Positions 59,390-64,000 of a DNA stretch of 64,000 nucleotides are shown here, piece after piece. The stretch lies in the NCBI GenBank assembly GCA_965263035.1, contig OZ253580.1, positions 1,728,001 through 1,792,000 of the forward strand, in the 5' to 3' direction. Source of the DNA: Acidobacteriota bacterium. Lineage in GTDB: Bacteria > Acidobacteriota > UBA6911 > RPQK01 > JAJDTT01. Positions within the stretch are counted from its first letter, which is position 1. Each line of letters opens with the position of its first letter. The notes beneath the pieces were generated by a model. The model worked only from the letters and a program-made list of their open reading frames with translations, was not told the origin of the DNA and did no database searches. Made by a program: the position numbers and the translations under genes.

Positions 59390-60849
59390 GCGATCCACTC
59401 TGAGGCCGGGGGGGTGTAGTACAGTTGCGGTGGCGTTTGCCTGGACCTCCTGGACCCTTCCCCTATCGCCAGAACCGCAGCTATCGCAGCATCATTATTT
59501 CGTTGCGCCCCTTCCCTGGATCGTTTCGTGATCTTCGGATTTCCCGCCGGGTCCCGCACTAACAGGGATGCCGCCAGAGCGATCCGCATAAGTAGAGATG
59601 GTCTGGACCTTATTCTCTTCTCTAACAGCGTCCGGGTGAACTCCCTAACATCGTTTGAACTGTCACGGAATCCAAGTCCCCTCCACTCCACAAGTAGGCC
59701 AAGAGACGCCAGCGCGTCTTCCAGTTCCGGTTTACGGTAGCGGTCCGCCAGTACCACTTCCGGCGTCCCGAATCGTTCTATGGCGTCGGACAGGACCAGG
59801 GCCGGGGGTGTCGTTCGGGTCCCTGGAATCATCACCAACTCGCCCCTTCGGACCATGGACGAATAGACCCCTATATTTCCGTCTTTCTCTTCCCGTCTGG
59901 CAAGCGTGGGAATGTCTCCGAAGTATCCGGCCACTTCCAGCCGTCCCGTTTGATACCAATAGGCGGCAGCACCCGTCATGCTGCGACCTCCGCCCAAATC
60001 CAAGCCCAGGACCATGGGACCGGATCGTTCCGGGAGCGTGTCGGTTTCGGCCATGCGAGTCCATTCGTGCGACGTACATAAAACATCTTCAACCAACTCG
60101 GAATTACCCATATTCAGCCGCAGATTCCTGAAAGACGCCATAGCAGCGGCCGATTTCGCGGCGTCTTCGGATTCCTCTTTGATGGCAGATTCCAGGGCCT
60201 CAAATCCGGGTAGACCCAACGATGGATTAGCAGACCGCCATGTTTTCGGGTCCAATGGATCGGAGTCCCGTTCGGCGTGCCAGATCAAACCGGAAGATTT
60301 CAACAGGTCTTCAAACCAGTGGCCTGCGCCGTCACTTGGCCTGGTCCCGGTGATGATCAATTTAGATCCGGGAGTCTTCCCGAGTCCGGTCCGCAAGGCG
60401 TTAAAAACCCTTTGTCCGCGAGTATTTGGAAAGCTGGACGGTTCGTCTATGATGGCGCACTTGAATCGTTTTCCTGTCAGTGAGTGCGCCGACCCTGCTA
60501 CGGCGCACAATTTGACATTCCATGGGAATTCGATTTGTTTTAATTGCGGATAATCTCGGATTTTTACGCCTATTTCCTTCCAGTCCGGGACCATTCGGCA
60601 GTAGGCGTCCACGGCGTCTCTCCAACTGATTCCAGCTTGTCCCAAAGTCGGACCAGCAATGAGCACGTCATATCCGGGAGCGTGTCCGGGTCCGGCTGAA
60701 AAATAGACCGCAAGTCGTGCGGCTTCAACACTTTTTCCGTTCGACCTCCCCATGGAGTAGGCGACTACGGAGCGGCCATTCGGGTCCAGGATTCGAGCCT
60801 GGACCTGGAGACCCCAGGGGGTGTCAGGGTACGGAAATTGTGAAATCAT
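59386..60849 (-). CDS. terL: Terminase large subunit
   Basis: Walker A GRSNGKS, Walker B AIIDE, coupling motif ITGT, W.SANPSL, nuclease GLDLG and NDAAIA. Confidence 0.92.
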   Translation of the reverse strand: MISQFPYPDTPWGLQVQARILDPNGRSVVAYSMGRSNGKSVEAARLAVYFSAGPGHAPGYDVLIAGPTLGQAGISWRDAVDAYCRMVPDWKEIGVKIRDYPQLKQIEFPWNVKLCAVAGSAHSLTGKRFKCAIIDEPSSFPNTRGQRVFNALRTGLGKTPGSKLIITGTRPSDGAGHWFEDLLKSSGLIWHAERDSDPLDPKTWRSANPSLGLPGFEALESAIKEESEDAAKSAAAMASFRNLRLNMGNSELVEDVLCTSHEWTRMAETDTLPERSGPMVLGLDLGGGRSMTGAAAYWYQTGRLEVAGYFGDIPTLARREEKDGNIGVYSSMVRRGELVMIPGTRTTPPALVLSDAIERFGTPEVVLADRYRKPELEDALASLGLLVEWRGLGFRDSSNDVREFTRTLLEKRIRSRPSLLMRIALAASLLVRDPAGNPKITKRSREGAQRNNDAAIAAVLAIGEGSRRSRQTPPQLYYTPPASEWIA

Positions 60850-61103
60850 CTATGTGTGCTTCCTAATTATATGCACGTATTCTTATCAGTGTATTCCTAT
60901 AATTCCATAAACCCTGACATATATTGAGACCTGAGGTGGAAACCCGGTTTCACGGATTCGGGCCGGGGGGTAGGGAACCCTTTTTATGAACATGTTAGTG
61001 CACATGTTCGCGCCTGATACCGTGATAATCTGTGCCTTAGTGAATCTTTGGACCTGATCTATTGCACTGTCATATAGTTGTTTAGTGGACACTGCATTAG
61101 TTA

Positions 61104-61439
61104 CTAACCTATCCTGGTCTGTCCCAACCTTCGGATCAGCGTGCCCCGGCTTGTCTTCGGGCGCTTCAACTCTCGATCGACGGCTTTTCGTAGAACCTCG
61201 ACACTCAGGTCGAATGCCCCGCAAATCCAGACGACCGTTCCCACGTCACCCCGCTCCGAGGCAAGCCATTCCAGGGCGTCCAGTTGCGCTTCCCGCTGTA
61301 TACCGTGATCGAGCGCTGGCCCGCAGCCCAGGCAGTCCGACAACGAGACCGTCAACACTCGCAGCCAAAGCCGCCTCACAGAGTCCAGGCGCGGGGTGTA
61401 TTCCGGTACATCCGCCACTATTGCCGGCAGTCTTCTCAT
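61104..61439 (-). CDS. Hypothetical phage protein (possible late-gene regulator)
   Basis: RRLWLRVL...DALEWL.S......WICGAFDL...LR pattern; lies upstream of terL. Confidence 0.55.
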   Translation of the reverse strand: MRRLPAIVADVPEYTPRLDSVRRLWLRVLTVSLSDCLGCGPALDHGIQREAQLDALEWLASERGDVGTVVWICGAFDLSVEVLRKAVDRELKRPKTSRGTLIRRLGQTRIG

Positions 61440-61585
61440 GAAGCCAGTATACGATAAATTGGGTGTTTCGTTTTCACGGAAGGGACAAGCGGCAAGGTGG
61501 GGACGATGGGTCCATGGATACTGCCCTTGTATGGCACCCTGACCGCATAACGCGGGTGGACACGTATCCATGGACCCCGAAACGC

Positions 61586-61825
61586 TTAGAGGGCGTGTGG
61601 CGGCTTTATGGGCCGGTTTCTATTTCTCTCGATTTCCTGGTACAGTTTTTCATCGTCATCGCCGTCGCTGATCTTCTCCATGGCGTGAGCCATATCCCAC
61701 GCCTGTTTCAGCCATTCTGGCTTCAGCCAATTTGGATCCAGGGCGCCTCGGGGTGCCTTGCCCAATCCCTCAGCGACAATCCTCCCTGACACGACCTGAC
61801 CAAAGAAATAGTCGATTCTTTTCAT
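61586..61825 (-). CDS. Hypothetical phage protein
   Basis: MKRIDY start preceded by a GGAG RBS. Confidence 0.5.
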   Translation of the reverse strand: MKRIDYFFGQVVSGRIVAEGLGKAPRGALDPNWLKPEWLKQAWDMAHAMEKISDGDDDEKLYQEIERNRNRPIKPPHAL

Positions 61826-61994
61826 TCTCCATCCTCCTTCGAGGTTTGCGTTGCCCACAATGGCAACGCAACGAGTTAATGATTTGGACTAACCACGTCG
61901 GTTTGTCTTCTTACAAACCTATAATACTCCGCACTCACAAAACGTCGGTGGCGGATTTTTCACTTATCAATTTTTTAAGATATGGGGGATTCCT

Positions 61995-62129
61995 GGTACA
62001 AGCGAGTACAAGCGAACCTCACACCAAGAACCTAAGAGTTAATTTTTTCTCTTCTCTTCTCTTCCTCTTAGGAGGAATCTTACTCTTAGGAGGTTCTTTG
62101 GTGTAATGTTCGCTTGTACAAGTTGTACC
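61995..62129. repeat. Long imperfect inverted repeat with GTACAA iterons (putative origin)
   Basis: GGTACAAGCGAGTACAAGCGAAC...CCTAAGAG mirrored by CTCTTAGG...GTTCGCTTGTACAAGTTGTACC around a pyrimidine-rich spacer. Confidence 0.6.
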
Positions 62130-62143
62130 GAGTGGAGGTGCCA

Positions 62144-62830
62144 TTAGTCCGAATCCTCACCCGTGACAGGATCTCGACCCATGACCTCGTACTTCCTCCA
62201 GTTCTGGCGAAACAGTTGGAAGATCTTGCTAGTGGGTGAGAGACCGCTTGTGTTCTTGGTAGTGATCCAGTGCTGAGACTCCACCCACTCCAAATACTCC
62301 CGGCACAAAGCCAACTGACCCGTGCCCAGAAGCCGAAGTAACTTCCACCCCATTCTCTTTTGCCGTTCTCCTACCCACTCGGCCAGGTCTAGATAGGCGT
62401 CTTTTGCCCCTTCTCCAAATAGTCTCTGTGCCAGTTGGAGGTCATTTTGCAGACCCTCAATCATTGATGGTGTTGGATAGGAGAGGAAGTCCTCAATCCG
62501 GGCATCCAACGTTGATGTGGGTCTTGATGTGGATGTGTGTAAAACAGGCTTCGCCATGGGCTTCGGTGCCTTGGTGATCTTGGTGTTCCTGTGTTCCTGC
62601 AAAATCTGAGACACCCGCTGTTGACTCACACCCCATTTCCCGGCGCATTGAACTTGCGTCAGTCCACTTTCGTAGTCGTTGATGATGTGGGTCCATCTAG
62701 GTCGCGCGCGACCTCTGCGACGACGCCCGCCTCTTAACCCGTCCCTTCTCCCTTTCCAGCTTTTCAGACCCTCTTCTGAGTTGGTGAACCGGCTTCGGGC
62801 CTCCTCACACTCGTCAACGATCTCCTCTAG
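62144..62830 (-). pseudogene. C-terminal part of an HTH-containing phage protein, interrupted by IS1380
   Basis: GLTQVQCAGKWGVSQQRVSQIL HTH; the reading frame abuts the IS end at 62831. Confidence 0.65.
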
Positions 62831-64000
62831 CCTGCATTTCTCATCAGTAGAACAATAAACGGAAGTTGAACCGTCGTCTGGGTGATTCTTTATCCATACG
62901 AGTTCAAGAGGCAGTTTTCGTGCTCGAACGTGCCGACCAACGGCCAGATGCAGCGCTTCTCCAGAGCCTTTTGACGCCCATCCTGCGCTTCTGAGCGACG
63001 ACTCTCGACCCGGTGCCCACTCCGGGGCGCAGTCCATCCTGGGGACTCCCAAGTCGCCATCGTCCAAAGAGTTCTTTCCATCCGTTGCTAACAGCGAAGC
63101 GGGAGGGCTTGCACTTGCGTCAGAGCCGTCCTCAACAGCGCCGCATACGGATAGCTCTCGGAAAAGGACAACCAGACCTTGCGGCTGGTGATCCGGACCT
63201 GTGCCCCGATCTTCAGCAATCTCACCCGCAGGGTCCAGCTCTGCGCCCGCGCCAGCTTCGTCCCCGCCAGCCCCACCCGTCGCAACGTCTCCATCATCAC
63301 GTAGGCGAATGCCGAGAAATACAACCGCAGTTGATTCCCCGCCAGCTTCCGGGTCGACGTGCGGTCCGCAAACAGACCCATCTGCTGTTCCTTTATCCGA
63401 TTCTCCATGTCTCCCCGCGCGCAGTAGACCTCCTCGTACAATCTTCGCCCATCGCATTCCTGGACCGGGACCGAAGTCACGATGAATCGCGGGTTCTTTC
63501 CCCGGGGCAGGTGCTCCACCTTCGCCACCACCCGGCGCTCGCACGACCAACTCTTGTGCGTCTGATAGCGCAGTTCCTGGAACTGCCTCACGGCCTTCCC
63601 GATCGCCCGCTGCAACTGCCGGACGGTCTCCATCCGGGTCGCGATCCTCCGCTTCAGCCGATCGTTCTGCGCCAACCCCAGGACGTAATCGATCCCTTCC
63701 TTCTCGCACCAGACCATCAACTCGTCGTTGGAGAAGGCACTGTCCCCTCGAACCGTGATCCGCACCTGGGGCCACGCTTCACGCAGCCGCCTCACGATTG
63801 GTTCCAACTCCGCCACCACCCCGTGGGCCGCGCCTCGATCCGCCGTGCGCAGCCGCGCACGCAACAGGTGTTCCCCACAGAAGACGTACAGCGGCAGGTA
63901 GCAGTAGCGTTTGTAATAGCCGTGGAAGAACCGTCCCTCCTGCTTCCCATGCAGCGGATCGTCCGTGGCGTCTACATCCAGGATCACCTCCTCCGGGGGC
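62831..64000 (-). mobile_element. IS1380-family element, partial (transposase 3' part 63088..>64000)
   Basis: LDVDATDDPLHGKQEGRFFHGYY..YCYLP, RGDSAF, YCARGDMENRIKE; terminal ...GAGAAATGCAGG followed by CTAG. Confidence 0.92.

Larger units (their letters stand above)
55017..64000 (-). mobile_element. Integrated phage-satellite-like element (head and packaging module only); continues beyond the window
   Basis: att boundary, visibly lower GC, terL-HNH-capsid-protease-portal cluster, no tail genes. Confidence 0.8.

Noticed and set aside
61514-61522. ATGGATACT matching the IS110 left donor plus core
   Set aside because: The right-donor half (TGTC) is absent; a 9-bp match in 64 kb is plausible by chance
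62144-63775. 543-aa ORF as a single gene
   Set aside because: Chimeric: the 5' part is an off-frame reading of the IS1380 transposase and IS end

Overview
GC-rich bacterial chromosome segment. Its gene content (Oar-type TonB receptor, Tat-exported glycoside hydrolase-like proteins, eukaryote-like LRR proteins, PhyH dioxygenases, heterotetrameric sarcosine oxidase) suggests an Acidobacteriota-like, possibly sponge-associated symbiont; this is inference only. Positions 1-54.9 kb are metabolic and accessory genes heavily reworked by mobile DNA. There is a complete IS1595 element (26-bp IRs, 8-bp TSD, decayed MTase/Mrr cargo) splitting a hydrolase gene, a dispersed REP-like palindrome family, two MITE types, and a duplicated GH/amidohydrolase module with reciprocal decay. 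A complete IS110 recombinase element sits inside a REP, and its bridge-RNA target and donor guides can be read directly from the sequence. From about 55.0 kb, starting at a tRNA 3'-end att duplication, lies a compact phage-satellite-like element. It encodes TerL, HNH, an HK97-type capsid protein, a prohead protease and a portal, but no recognisable neck or tail genes. It is interrupted by an IS1380 and runs off the window. All protein-family calls are from motif recognition, not database searches.
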